A DNA stretch of 52,407 bases from a virus: UHGV virus genome UHGV-0113213. One strand, written 5' to 3'. Below the pieces are notes generated by a model. It was not told the origin of the DNA, made no database searches, and saw only the letters and a list, made by a program, of their open reading frames with translations. A program made the translations under genes and the position numbers. Of the stretch, positions 20,078 to 28,675 are shown piece after piece; position 1 is the stretch's first letter, and each line of letters opens with the position of its first letter.

Positions 20078-21416
20078 TGTCGTTTTCCTCGTCGTCCAGT
20101 TCTACTTCCTGCGTTGGCCCTTCATACCCGGCAGCCTCGCGGATCTCGTCACCGTCGAATACTTGTTCACCTGTGGCGAGACATGCCTGATTGATTTGCG
20201 CCATTTTGTATGCCGCGTCGAGTAGCTCGGCTTTCGTCATGGCGTTAAGGTCGTCCCACAGTACCGACACGTCGACTGGCATACTGATAAGGCGGAGATC
20301 TGCCATCTTGCGGAATAGTTCCTCAAGCTCGCCTCCTATTTCCTCCCGGCGGGTCATACAGCGGTTATTGAAGTAGCGGAGGTCTTCGGTTGATGCACGC
20401 TCACCCTGCTGATTCCCAACCAGGATACGCGTTGGAATGTCGATACCAGCGGCGGCGGTTTGCAGGTTGACGTCATAGGTAGCTGATGGATCCGCCACGG
20501 CAGTAACCAGCGGGCTAACGGTAGCTCCCTGTAATGCCATCATCACATCATTCCCTTTGTTTATATCCTCTGCCGCTTCATTGAATTTTTCGCGCAGCTC
20601 TGTAACGTCGCAACCGTATGTCGCAGCCAGGGAACGGAAATCAATCTCTTTGTCGAATGAGATAGCTAGTTGACGCGCTGCGTTTTTCAGAAAGGATTCA
20701 CCGCTACCGCCTTCCACTTTCTCCAGCGATACAAAAGCGTTATAGGACGGCTCAAGGAAAGCGATGGCATCATCAGAATAATCACCGAAGATAAATATGC
20801 GATCTGGATGTATCTTTCTTGCTATGGTCTTACTGTTAATGCGCTCCTTGTATTCCCACCATGTCGGCAGGCCATAGCTTTCACTTTCCGGATCTTCTTC
20901 GAAGTCCTTCGGTGTAAGAGCACCAGCCCATACAGGGGTAAATTTGGCAATGCCTACACCTTTCGTCACTGGCTGATCCCACGGCTGGTTATCCCTGACG
21001 TGAATTAACAGGCCAGCATAACGACCAATGAGGCGGCGGCGATCGCATTCAGCTATGACGCGCCAGAAACGATTATCAAATCGTTTTTTGATTTCTCTTT
21101 CCCACGGCGTTTCCTTTTTTGCTTTCTCGTCTTCCGTACCTTCGATCAGCGTTGGCCTGGTGCGCCAGCACGTAGTGATGATCTTCTCAATAGCACCGTG
21201 AGCGATACCACCGCGACGATACAGTTTGTATAAATCGGCATAGGTGATTTCTTCTTTGAATCCGTATTCACTCCACGCAGCATCACGCTTTGCATCAATA
21301 CCCATTGAGAAAGGATGCGCGGCGGCATAGCGTGCAAAGGCCGCCTGACGTTGTGACAAGGCAGCATTAACCGCCAATTCTAAATTGGATGGCATAATGT
21401 TTACTCCTGAATGCAT
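20022..21416 (-). CDS. portal protein
   Basis: 464 aa; lies downstream of TerL. Confidence 0.55.
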   Translation of the reverse strand: MHSGVNIMPSNLELAVNAALSQRQAAFARYAAAHPFSMGIDAKRDAAWSEYGFKEEITYADLYKLYRRGGIAHGAIEKIITTCWRTRPTLIEGTEDEKAKKETPWEREIKKRFDNRFWRVIAECDRRRLIGRYAGLLIHVRDNQPWDQPVTKGVGIAKFTPVWAGALTPKDFEEDPESESYGLPTWWEYKERINSKTIARKIHPDRIFIFGDYSDDAIAFLEPSYNAFVSLEKVEGGSGESFLKNAARQLAISFDKEIDFRSLAATYGCDVTELREKFNEAAEDINKGNDVMMALQGATVSPLVTAVADPSATYDVNLQTAAAGIDIPTRILVGNQQGERASTEDLRYFNNRCMTRREEIGGELEELFRKMADLRLISMPVDVSVLWDDLNAMTKAELLDAAYKMAQINQACLATGEQVFDGDEIREAAGYEGPTQEVELDDEENDNEGEENNQANTSSRDNAI

Positions 21417-21417
21417 G

Positions 21418-21442
21418 TTTACGCGTTGCTACGCGAAAAATA
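21418..21442. promoter_or_regulatory. element TTTACGCGTTGCTACGCGAAAAATA (second copy)
   Basis: Immediately upstream of the portal start; matches 9148-9172. Confidence 0.35.
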
Positions 21443-21473
21443 GAAAAATTCGTGATGGATTGTGAGATGTTTT

Positions 21474-22988
21474 TTAAAATCCGCGCAGGCGCTTAGGTAA
21501 CATAAGGCCCATTGCCTGTGGCTGGCTTAATTCAGTGATACCCCACACCATAGCGTCGAGGCGGTCAGGTGATTTTTTAGCGGTAGCTGGCACGTATTCC
21601 ATCATTTGATTTTCCAGCGTGTACAGGCTGCCTGTGTGGGCCACCCTTCCTTGTGCATACAGTGCCGATATTGGCTCGGCGCGGGCGAATTTACCCTTGC
21701 TTGCGTGCACCTTAACAATGCGGCCTTTGAATCCGGCGTTACGTAGCGTGGCCTCTGCCATATCACCACCCTGGTTGGTTTCGATAACCATCGCGTCAGC
21801 TTCATGGATGTTGTAGGCGTTCATTGCTGCTTGCGCCCAGTCATTAGGTGACATGCGTCCTGAGTAGTCACCGTCTACTGAATACTGAGCATTCTTGCCA
21901 CCACCATAAGCGGAACAGGCTACAATCCCTGTTTCGTCTGACTCATCAGATGATGTTGTCGCCGGGTCGATGGCTATCACCGTGCGAATTTTCTCCTGCG
22001 TTATCTGCATCCTGTGCGCGGCGGTTATCATCGCTTCAGTCCACAATGCGCCCTCTTGATCGAACTTGCGCGGACACTGCATATATTGAGCTTCGAATGT
22101 TCGGCGATGTGATTTAAGAGTTGATTCATCTTTATCACTATGCTTATGCAACCATAGCCAGCCATCCGGCAGGTTGTGAGGAACAGGAATAGCAAATTTG
22201 TTTTCCGGGTACAGATCCCAATAGTCAAGACTGTTGTCGATCTTCACTGGCAGGCAAAGGTGATGCCATTTCTCACCACTACCGCCACGTAACAGGTAGC
22301 CGGATAAATCATCGTAGTGGATACGCTGCATGATGACGATCACTGGCGTTGTTTGCACAGCCAGGCGCGAAGAAAGCGTGTCGTTGTAATTGGTATTAAC
22401 CTGCTTTCGCACCACATCAGAATAAGCGTCAGCTGGTTTCAGGGGGTCATCAATAATCATTGCGCCGTTAAACCCAGGTTCCATGTACCCGGCGCGGAAC
22501 CCTGTCACCTGTCCAAGCGATGACGTCGCATACACGCCGCCACCCTGAGTGGTCCACCACAGGTTTTTCGCGTTCGAATCGTTGCGCATTTGCATAGGCC
22601 ACAATTCCTGATATTGCGGCATCGTGATTATGTTTCTTGTCTCTGAGGAATTAAGCAAGGCGAGTCCGTGTGAATACGATACATGCAGGAATCTGGTGCG
22701 GGGTTCTATTGCGAGGCAGCGGGCCATCATGTGAATTGTGGCAATCATTGTTTTGCCATAGCCCGGTGGGATGTTGATTATCAACCTGGTGATTTCACCA
22801 TTAATAACTCGTTGTAGCGTATCGGCAATTATTCTGTGATGACGCCCAACCAAAAAGTCCTTGCCAACCTGTTGCTTATAAAAGTAGGAACTAAAAAACA
22901 AAGGTGCTGATATGTCTTTGGGGGCACAACCTTTAACACACAACCCCCTTAGAACCTCTCTGTCAATCTTTGTCGTCGCAGTCTCCAT
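21474..22988 (-). CDS. terminase large subunit
   Basis: Walker A PPGYGKT, Walker B IIDDPLK, C-terminal nuclease region. Confidence 0.85.
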   Translation of the reverse strand: METATTKIDREVLRGLCVKGCAPKDISAPLFFSSYFYKQQVGKDFLVGRHHRIIADTLQRVINGEITRLIINIPPGYGKTMIATIHMMARCLAIEPRTRFLHVSYSHGLALLNSSETRNIITMPQYQELWPMQMRNDSNAKNLWWTTQGGGVYATSSLGQVTGFRAGYMEPGFNGAMIIDDPLKPADAYSDVVRKQVNTNYNDTLSSRLAVQTTPVIVIMQRIHYDDLSGYLLRGGSGEKWHHLCLPVKIDNSLDYWDLYPENKFAIPVPHNLPDGWLWLHKHSDKDESTLKSHRRTFEAQYMQCPRKFDQEGALWTEAMITAAHRMQITQEKIRTVIAIDPATTSSDESDETGIVACSAYGGGKNAQYSVDGDYSGRMSPNDWAQAAMNAYNIHEADAMVIETNQGGDMAEATLRNAGFKGRIVKVHASKGKFARAEPISALYAQGRVAHTGSLYTLENQMMEYVPATAKKSPDRLDAMVWGITELSQPQAMGLMLPKRLRGF

Positions 22989-23478
22989 GAGTATTGTACT
23001 CCTTATTCAGGTTATCGATTATCTCAAGGACAGTAGTCTGATTTACTTCTACCTGGACGGGCGCTTCTTCCCTGTTACCTACGATCTCCTGCGTGACGCG
23101 CTCACCATATTTACGCGGTTGCAGTTTTGCCAGTAACCATTTACGAGTTTCAATCATCAGTTGATGGCGGCGGCATTGGTCTTTATCGGTGTTCTCCGCT
23201 GCGTCTGCTATGTCGATAATCTCATCAGCCAATATCTCAAAACCGATCTCCTTCGCGCGCATGTACATGTCCGAGAACTCCGGCACGTCTCTGAACCATT
23301 TAAGGATTGTTGAACGCGCAGGCATATCAGGCATCTTCGAAATTTTGTTAATACTCTGACCGTCCGCCACCAGCTCACAGATTTCTAATGCCTTTTCTTC
23401 GGTATAACCATGCGGACGGCCCGTCTTTTTGGCTGCTGGCTTTTTATCGTCAGCATTTGCCTTTTTAGTGCGGGCCAT
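22963..23478 (-). CDS. terminase small subunit (Sf6 gp1-like)
   Basis: GRP.GYTEE.A.EIC..VADG.S.NK..K.P.MP..ST...W pattern matches Sf6-type TerS. Confidence 0.75.
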   Translation of the reverse strand: MARTKKANADDKKPAAKKTGRPHGYTEEKALEICELVADGQSINKISKMPDMPARSTILKWFRDVPEFSDMYMRAKEIGFEILADEIIDIADAAENTDKDQCRRHQLMIETRKWLLAKLQPRKYGERVTQEIVGNREEAPVQVEVNQTTVLEIIDNLNKEYNTHGDCDDKD

Positions 23479-23488
23479 AATTCACCTC

Positions 23489-23632
23489 TTAATCATCTTT
23501 ACCAAATCTTAATTTAAATTCATTCATCATCTTTTCTACTTCCTGTTCGGAAAGATAGATGGTTTCATTATTTTCTGCTGAATCAAGTGCCTTTCTTATT
23601 TCATCTGCTATTTTTAGTTCTTCATCGTTCAT
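23489..23632 (-). CDS. hypothetical acidic 47 aa protein
   Basis: RBS GAGGTGA; internal start MNDEEL. Confidence 0.4.
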   Translation of the reverse strand: MNDEELKIADEIRKALDSAENNETIYLSEQEVEKMMNEFKLRFGKDD

Positions 23633-23643
23633 ATCGTCACCTC

Positions 23644-23727
23644 TTAATATTTGTTGATGATATATACGCAAGCCACAAAACTTGCGCAATATGTTAATAC
23701 TTCCAACCAGTCGAATAGCTCTTTCAT
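23644..23727 (-). CDS. tiny TM peptide K (27 aa) MKELFDWLEVLTYCASFVACVYIINKY
   Basis: ATGA coupling with peptide J. Confidence 0.5.
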   Translation of the reverse strand: MKELFDWLEVLTYCASFVACVYIINKY

Positions 23728-23867
23728 TGTTGCCCCTTGAATATATGCTTCGCTTCTCTGTAAATTAGCGCACCAGTCATTACAATCGCGTATACGCATA
23801 ACATTAACGCGACGATAAGCACGCCAGAACAAAGCAAAAACATCAGTAGATCGATAAATTCAAACAT
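23724..23867 (-). CDS. tiny TM peptide J (47 aa) MFEFIDLLMFLLCSGVLIVALMLCVYAIVMTGALIYREAKHIFKGQQ
   Basis: RBS GGTGAGAAATATT. Confidence 0.55.
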   Translation of the reverse strand: MFEFIDLLMFLLCSGVLIVALMLCVYAIVMTGALIYREAKHIFKGQQ

Positions 23868-23875
23868 AATATTTC

Positions 23876-23944
23876 TCACCAGGAGAAAACAATAACAACC
23901 AACAGTGCGCTTATAGCTATAATTAAGAAATCACTATCAGACAT
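23876..23944 (-). CDS. tiny TM peptide I (22 aa) MSDSDFLIIAISALLVVIVFSW
   Basis: ATGTCTGA overlap with peptide H. Confidence 0.5.
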   Translation of the reverse strand: MSDSDFLIIAISALLVVIVFSW

Positions 23945-24011
23945 TGATAATTACCAAGATAATAAATAACGCAACTGTACACACGATCAACATAATATCA
24001 ATAGCGTTCAT
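23937..24011 (-). CDS. tiny TM peptide H (24 aa) MNAIDIMLIVCTVALFIILVIINV
   Basis: RBS GGTGAGCGA. Confidence 0.55.
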   Translation of the reverse strand: MNAIDIMLIVCTVALFIILVIINV

Positions 24012-24019
24012 TCGCTCAC

Positions 24020-24088
24020 CTACTGAGTCAGTGCTGTCATGGTAAGAACAATCGCGACAATCAGGAAAAAGAAATCAAGCCATTTCAT
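24020..24088 (-). CDS. tiny TM peptide G (22 aa) MKWLDFFFLIVAIVLTMTALTQ
   Basis: RBS GGAGTTAAA. Confidence 0.55.
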   Translation of the reverse strand: MKWLDFFFLIVAIVLTMTALTQ

Positions 24089-24103
24089 TTTAACTCCTGA
24101 GAT

Positions 24104-24175
24104 TCAGTTAACACTTAAAAGCACCGCAACGATGACAATCACTATAATCATGCAAAAGAAGTCTGCTTCTCTCAT
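24104..24175 (-). CDS. tiny TM peptide F (23 aa) MREADFFCMIIVIVIVAVLLSVN
   Basis: ATGA overlap with peptide E. Confidence 0.5.
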   Translation of the reverse strand: MREADFFCMIIVIVIVAVLLSVN

Positions 24176-24252
24176 CTTTTTAGCCCTCGATAAAAATCAA
24201 CAGCAATGACTACAACTACAGCCACCAGCAATAGCATTTCGTATGCGTTCAT
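24172..24252 (-). CDS. tiny TM peptide E (26 aa) MNAYEMLLLVAVVVVIAVDFYRGLKR
   Basis: ATGA overlap with peptide D. Confidence 0.5.
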   Translation of the reverse strand: MNAYEMLLLVAVVVVIAVDFYRGLKR

Positions 24253-24347
24253 TTGATGCTACCCATAACAAGGCCGATGATAATAATTATGGCGACAATG
24301 CCTAACATCATTCCGAACATAATCGCCATCAGTTCGAATATATCCAT
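24249..24347 (-). CDS. tiny TM peptide D (32 aa) MDIFELMAIMFGMMLGIVAIIIIIGLVMGSIK
   Basis: Follows peptide C closely. Confidence 0.5.
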   Translation of the reverse strand: MDIFELMAIMFGMMLGIVAIIIIIGLVMGSIK

Positions 24348-24350
24348 GCT

Positions 24351-24425
24351 TCAGCTTTCAATGAATATCATGATCGCCAGCCATACGGCGACGCATAAGG
24401 AAAGGATGATTAGCGGGTCAATCAT
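24351..24425 (-). CDS. tiny TM peptide C (24 aa) MIDPLIILSLCVAVWLAIMIFIES
   Basis: RBS GGGGTGAAAAT. Confidence 0.55.
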   Translation of the reverse strand: MIDPLIILSLCVAVWLAIMIFIES

Positions 24426-24429
24426 ATTT

Positions 24430-24534
24430 TCACCCCACCAAATACTTGATATATACGTTTATCAGCGCAACTATAATAGAACCAGCAAGAAACACAGAAA
24501 CGCCGATTAATACGGCAATGATGTAAGCGGCCAT
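24430..24534 (-). CDS. tiny TM peptide B (34 aa) MAAYIIAVLIGVSVFLAGSIIVALINVYIKYLVG
   Basis: TAATGA coupling; an alternative start lies 7 nt upstream. Confidence 0.5.
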   Translation of the reverse strand: MAAYIIAVLIGVSVFLAGSIIVALINVYIKYLVG

Positions 24535-24539
24535 AATCA

Positions 24540-24602
24540 TTACTTCCACAACAAAAACAATATTACAGCCGCCGCCATTCCGATAAATAAATAAGCGTCC
24601 AT
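24540..24602 (-). CDS. tiny TM peptide A (20 aa) MDAYLFIGMAAAVILFLLWK
   Basis: RBS GAGG; TGATTATG coupling to the upstream HExxH gene. Confidence 0.55.
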   Translation of the reverse strand: MDAYLFIGMAAAVILFLLWK

Positions 24603-24604
24603 AA

Positions 24605-25189
24605 TCAGCCTCGTTTAAAGCTCATTACACGCGGTACAAGCGCCTCTTTTGCTTTAGGCTTACGTTTGCCTTTCTTGGCTGGTTTTTTCTCTTCTTTCGG
24701 CTCCTCTGCCTGCTCTACTGCCTGTTCTGCTGCATCAGTCGCCTTTTCCGCCTGCTCCAATGCCTGCTCAACGACTTCAGCGGCCTGCATAGCTGCCAAC
24801 TGTGCTTCGTTAGATTCAGCCAGGATCGGGAAGAATGCATCAAAGATGCGGCCCACCATGTAAGCATATGTCTCGTTTGCCGGATGGCTTGGTTCTGTAG
24901 TCGCTACGACACCGACATCACTTAAAACGTGGAATGTAGTGTGAGCCGCTTCATGTACCAGCGTACCAAGCTCATTATCGAATACTGCGATCACGTAGAA
25001 GTTACCGCCTTTCTCGCCAGTGCAAGTAAGTGTTAAACCTCCTGCCAGTTCAAAATCAGGTTCGATTGGGATCCCTGCCTTTTCGCAAAATTCATAGAAC
25101 ATGTCACGAGTCGGGCAGAAGAAAACTGTTGTATGCTCGAAGAGCGGGACTTTGAATTGAGGCAACTTAATGCCTTTACCCTTAGCCAT
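24605..25189 (-). CDS. putative zinc metallopeptidase-like protein (HEAAHTTFH = HExxHxxxH), acidic linker, Lys-rich tail
   Basis: ImmA/IrrE-type HExxHxxxH signature. C-terminus KKPAKKGKRKPKAKE. Confidence 0.45.
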   Translation of the reverse strand: MAKGKGIKLPQFKVPLFEHTTVFFCPTRDMFYEFCEKAGIPIEPDFELAGGLTLTCTGEKGGNFYVIAVFDNELGTLVHEAAHTTFHVLSDVGVVATTEPSHPANETYAYMVGRIFDAFFPILAESNEAQLAAMQAAEVVEQALEQAEKATDAAEQAVEQAEEPKEEKKPAKKGKRKPKAKEALVPRVMSFKRG

Positions 25190-25526
25190 CAGAATATTCC
25201 TCTATCCTGAAAAATATAACCCCCGCAAAACTGGACACCGCAGGGAGTGAAAACAGATATAAAACACTGAAAACGGCGCTTAGTGAGTACCGTTTGCAGA
25301 ATTTTATAAAACTGGACCTGCTTAACATCTCTGATAAACAGATCCGGGCGCTCGTCCTACGCGTGGCAGGTGAGTAAATGGCGCTTTCTTCTACCCAGGT
25401 AGCGCCGTACCTGTTAATGAGGTTGTTTACCCGGTATTACGTGTTTTTGAATTTCCGCCGTCGCTCGCGGGAAGGATTGACCCGGTTATGGCTGGCTGGC
25501 AGAAACGGCGACACGTCCACGAGCTG

Positions 25527-26015
25527 TTATTCTTTACGCAAGCACTGCGTTTTGATGTAGTCCTGTAGGCCAGTGATCTGTGCGTCTTTTATTTTTAGTT
25601 GTTCTCTGAGGGATAGATAAGCCGATTTAGCGTCGGCAGTAGGTTCGCAGGTGGCTCCATCAATGCGGCTGGAGGTTCCGGTATTACTGTCTGTTCGCAT
25701 TGGCACGGCGTTGACGCGCAACCGGATAGTACCGTTATCAATGCCAGTGCGCAGATCGGCAATGTCAGATCTGATAGCTTTAATCTCATCGTGATACCTC
25801 TTATCAAGTTTTGACAGTTCGGCGTTTCGCTCCTTCATCTGCTGAATAGTGTTACTTGCTGTCTTCAGTGCGCCTTTCGTCACCGTGACTTCTTCCTGTA
25901 ACCTTGTCGCCTCACCCTGGTAATAACACGTTACGGCGGTTAGTCCGGCAATAATGCAAACAACAGCGGCGATAATTAACGCCTTCACCTTGTCCACGTT
26001 TCCCCCCATTCGCAA
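25527..26015 (-). CDS. Rz: i-spanin Rz
   Basis: N-terminal TM, coiled coil; follows the endolysin gene. Confidence 0.7.
   Translation of the reverse strand: MRMGGNVDKVKALIIAAVVCIIAGLTAVTCYYQGEATRLQEEVTVTKGALKTASNTIQQMKERNAELSKLDKRYHDEIKAIRSDIADLRTGIDNGTIRLRVNAVPMRTDSNTGTSSRIDGATCEPTADAKSAYLSLREQLKIKDAQITGLQDYIKTQCLRKE
25595..25789 (-). CDS. Rz1: o-spanin Rz1 (embedded in the Rz +1 frame)
   Basis: Lipobox LSGC; proline-rich. Confidence 0.65.
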   Translation of the reverse strand: MRLKLSDLTLPICALALITVLSGCASTPCQCEQTVIPEPPAALMEPPANLLPTLNRLIYPSENN

Positions 26016-26476
26016 ACGGCATATTCAACATCTCGGCGGTTTACCAGGCCTTGCCACTTCTTACCACCAGCGTATACCCAGCGTTTAAGCTGTGCGCACG
26101 CCTCTGATTTCTTACCGTCATTGAGTAGCTTTAATAAGGTTGATGTTTTGAAGTTGGTTGCGCCTACGTTATAGGCGAATGAATAAAGCGCAGCGCGGGT
26201 AAAATCTGATATTTCGACTTTGATATATGGGTTAATCGCTTTTGCGGTTTTGTGGAGATCTTTGTTTAACAAAGTATCGCATTCTGATTGCGTGTAAGTC
26301 TTACCAAGCATGATGTCTTTTCCGGTGTGACCATAGCAAACAGTCCATACACCGATAACATCACGATAAGGATCGTACTCCACGCCCTCTAATGGTTTAA
26401 CCATCACAGCCGCAATAGCGATCGCCCCACCAGCCGCCGCAGCAATAATTTTATTCTTCAGCGATTGGCTAATCAT
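25985..26476 (-). CDS. R: SAR endolysin (phage 21 R-like lysozyme)
   Basis: [21 protein letters not shown]...YSFAYNVGA is near-identical to R21. N-terminal SAR domain rich in G and A. Confidence 0.85.
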   Translation of the reverse strand: MISQSLKNKIIAAAAGGAIAIAAVMVKPLEGVEYDPYRDVIGVWTVCYGHTGKDIMLGKTYTQSECDTLLNKDLHKTAKAINPYIKVEISDFTRAALYSFAYNVGATNFKTSTLLKLLNDGKKSEACAQLKRWVYAGGKKWQGLVNRRDVEYAVCEWGETWTR

Positions 26477-26477
26477 G

Positions 26478-26678
26478 TTACTTATTCCCCATTCGCGCGT
26501 CGTGTTCCTCTTGCGCTCGCTTGTTCTCCTGTGATTTGAAGTAATAGTTAACGGCAAATGTGCCTATGGTTGATAAGATACCCACAAAGACAGCAATATC
26601 ATTAATGGTTATCGCGCCGAAAAAAGCAGTTACGGCCCCGGTCACATACGCGCACGCCTCCCGTATTCTGTCGAACAT
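26478..26678 (-). CDS. S: holin (S21 pinholin-like, 2 TMD)
   Basis: 66 aa, two TMDs, charged C-terminus; ATGA overlap with the endolysin. Confidence 0.7.
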   Translation of the reverse strand: MFDRIREACAYVTGAVTAFFGAITINDIAVFVGILSTIGTFAVNYYFKSQENKRAQEEHDARMGNK

Positions 26679-26691
26679 AGATTTTCCTCCA

Positions 26692-26720
26692 ACAAAGCAA
26701 AAACCCGGCTCGTGGCCGGG
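26692..26720 (-). terminator. tR-prime-like terminator upstream of holin
   Basis: CCCGGCCACGAGCCGGG hairpin followed by TTTTTGCTTTGTT on the minus strand. Confidence 0.6.
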
Positions 26721-26783
26721 TAATTACAATTTCGCATTGTTAGGAAATATTTTAATCTATTTGTTTTTTATGCGCGATTATGG

Positions 26784-26966
26784 CTACAAATCACTAACTT
26801 TCACCAAATCGCCATTATCAAGCCAGATTTTAATTGTTTCTCGCGTCGTCTTGATGATTGGCGCTACCCACTCACCATCGCTAACGCAAACGCGAATATC
26901 ACCACCCTCTATGCGATAAAACATCTTGTCGATTAGTGTTACGGCGTATATACCATCTTCAATCAT
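26784..26966 (-). CDS. hypothetical 60 aa protein
   Basis: ORF in a tightly packed minus-strand operon. Confidence 0.35.
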   Translation of the reverse strand: MIEDGIYAVTLIDKMFYRIEGGDIRVCVSDGEWVAPIIKTTRETIKIWLDNGDLVKVSDL

Positions 26967-27157
26967 TTCTTGCGCTCCTTAATAACCCTTTTGATCTGCG
27001 CGCGCGCGGCATCTACGAGAGCAATAAACACCGCTACAGGCCAGAAAGGAATCTCAAGACCACCACGATCGAGATCATTAGATTTGATAAAACAAGACAT
27101 CAGGATAGCGCCAGCAATATAAAGGAGAAACACAGCAATGATAAGACATTCAATCAT
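26963..27157 (-). CDS. small membrane protein (64 aa)
   Basis: TM helix. Confidence 0.4.
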   Translation of the reverse strand: MIECLIIAVFLLYIAGAILMSCFIKSNDLDRGGLEIPFWPVAVFIALVDAARAQIKRVIKERKK

Positions 27158-27292
27158 CCTCTTTCTCCCCGCCTAAATATTGATATATTTCTTCAGCATT
27201 TTCCCCGCGCTCAAAACAATAATGTTCAAACATGCGCCAATTTTCACTAAGAAACATAACAATAAAATTGTTAACGTATTCGTCATCCATAG
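27155..27292 (-). CDS. hypothetical acidic 45 aa protein
   Basis: ATGA coupling. Confidence 0.3.
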
Positions 27293-27604
27293 TTAATCAT
27301 CCTCTTCATCATCTTCTTGTTCAGCCAGGAAATCATCTACGGCACGGTAAGTAACTGGAGGGATATATTCGAAGTCATCCGTATCAAGATCGAGCGTCCG
27401 GCTGTCGCCGTCGTCGTCCAGCGTATTCATCCCTAATTCACCGAAAGGGCCGTACCCAATGTGGCCCAGGTATTCGCAACCAATCGTAAACCCAGGGTAT
27501 TCGCCTTTACACCGGATTTTGTAAGGTTTATTTGATGCGCTCAATTTCCGACCCTCCACTTTCTGCTTTAGTGATTTTGTATTCTGCCGCCAGTTCAGCG
27601 CCAA
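27293..27604 (-). CDS. hypothetical protein, acidic C-terminus (start uncertain; overlaps upstream ORF)
   Basis: ORF. Confidence 0.3.
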   Translation of the reverse strand: MALNWRQNTKSLKQKVEGRKLSASNKPYKIRCKGEYPGFTIGCEYLGHIGYGPFGELGMNTLDDDGDSRTLDLDTDDFEYIPPVTYRAVDDFLAEQEDDEEDD

Positions 27605-27851
27605 GCAATTCCACTTCCATATTAGCGATACCCTGGAACATCAGATAGGCAAAAACTAGGCTTTTAATTCTATCCGGGTCTTCAAGATGGTCTGCATTAA
27701 AAGGCGGTTCCGATACGTGGAAGCATTTAACATGCGCATCGTCTTCAGTGGCTACACAGAAACATGCGCCAGGTTGCCCGGCGAATTCCCCCAATCTTTC
27801 TTCGTTCGGTAAAGTACCACGGAAAACTTTAACGCTGATAAATTTAGTCAT
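27528..27851 (-). CDS. hypothetical protein
   Basis: ORF. Confidence 0.35.
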   Translation of the reverse strand: MTKFISVKVFRGTLPNEERLGEFAGQPGACFCVATEDDAHVKCFHVSEPPFNADHLEDPDRIKSLVFAYLMFQGIANMEVELLGAELAAEYKITKAESGGSEIERIK

Positions 27852-27854
27852 TGT

Positions 27855-28136
27855 TTATTCTCCTTCGTAAAGAGTTGCCACCAGTTCGGCATCTGTTAGC
27901 GTGTTATAATCTGTATAAAACCCGCAACGCATAAGTGAAGAAAGGCCAGCCACTTTGCACCACATAGGGGTCGATTCGCTCAAATATTCATTCTCCCTTT
28001 TTTCGCTGTATTCCAGTTCATAAAACCGACTATTGTTAACAACCTCAATTACACGGCTGTATGTGCCATCAAGCCTACTAACTCCGCGCCATAGTCTGAT
28101 CACAACCATAATTTCTACTCCGTTTGATGGGGCCAT
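27855..28136 (-). CDS. hypothetical protein
   Basis: ORF. Confidence 0.35.
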   Translation of the reverse strand: MAPSNGVEIMVVIRLWRGVSRLDGTYSRVIEVVNNSRFYELEYSEKRENEYLSESTPMWCKVAGLSSLMRCGFYTDYNTLTDAELVATLYEGE

Positions 28137-28148
28137 TCTGCCCCGTGT

Positions 28149-28289
28149 TTATTCTTCTTCTCCTCCTCTAAATCCTAAGCACTCCGCGTATTCGTCAATG
28201 CTTAATGCTTCTTCACCTGGTGCCAATACTTCAAAGTAGCGGGCGTATAGTTCGAAAACCCAGGCCGGATATTTAGCGTTAGCGTTCAT
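28149..28289 (-). CDS. hypothetical acidic 46 aa protein
   Basis: RBS AGGGGGAA. Confidence 0.35.
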   Translation of the reverse strand: MNANAKYPAWVFELYARYFEVLAPGEEALSIDEYAECLGFRGGEEE

Positions 28290-28298
28290 GGTTCCCCC

Positions 28299-28577
28299 TT
28301 ATGCCATGCGTGCAAATTCAAGTGATTTGCATTCGTAGTCTTCCTCTGCCTGTTCGATGACTGCCATCATCATTTCGTTTGCGTTGTTGAATGCGTTGCT
28401 TTGTGCGAACTTGTCGGCTCCACCTTCTTCTTCGAACTCCGCGTTGTTTGCTGCAATGTAGTGATATTCGATGTTGTTCAGGTAAGGGCTTGCAGCGTGT
28501 GCTGGGTCTTCTTTCTCCACCATCTCCCAAAATGCGTTTAAGCGAGATTCGACTTCTTTGTTAATCCAGCGTTTCAT
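28299..28577 (-). CDS. hypothetical protein
   Basis: Preceded by a promoter-like site. Confidence 0.4.
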   Translation of the reverse strand: MKRWINKEVESRLNAFWEMVEKEDPAHAASPYLNNIEYHYIAANNAEFEEEGGADKFAQSNAFNNANEMMMAVIEQAEEDYECKSLEFARMA

Positions 28578-28612
28578 TTTTCTACCCTCCGCATCGTTCT
28601 CTCTTCAGCTTC

Positions 28613-28674
28613 TTTATAACAAAATGGCACTGCCGAAACAATGCCATTTCGTAAACCTTGTGATACAGATCACA
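28613..28674 (-). promoter_or_regulatory. promoter TTGTTT-N17-TATAAA overlapping motif CCATTTTGTTATAAA; perfect CRP-like site TGTGATACAGATCACA at 28659-28674
   Basis: Read directly from the sequence. Confidence 0.5.
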
Positions 28675-28675
28675 T

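Noticed and set aside
24253-24510. 85-aa plus-strand ORF
   Set aside because: Antisense to the coupled mini-gene array. The minus-strand mini-genes have RBSs and ATGA/TAATG couplings and explain the coding density better.
25378-25560. 60-aa plus-strand ORF in the non-coding gap
   Set aside because: No RBS; overlaps the Rz 3-prime end; the region is more likely regulatory.
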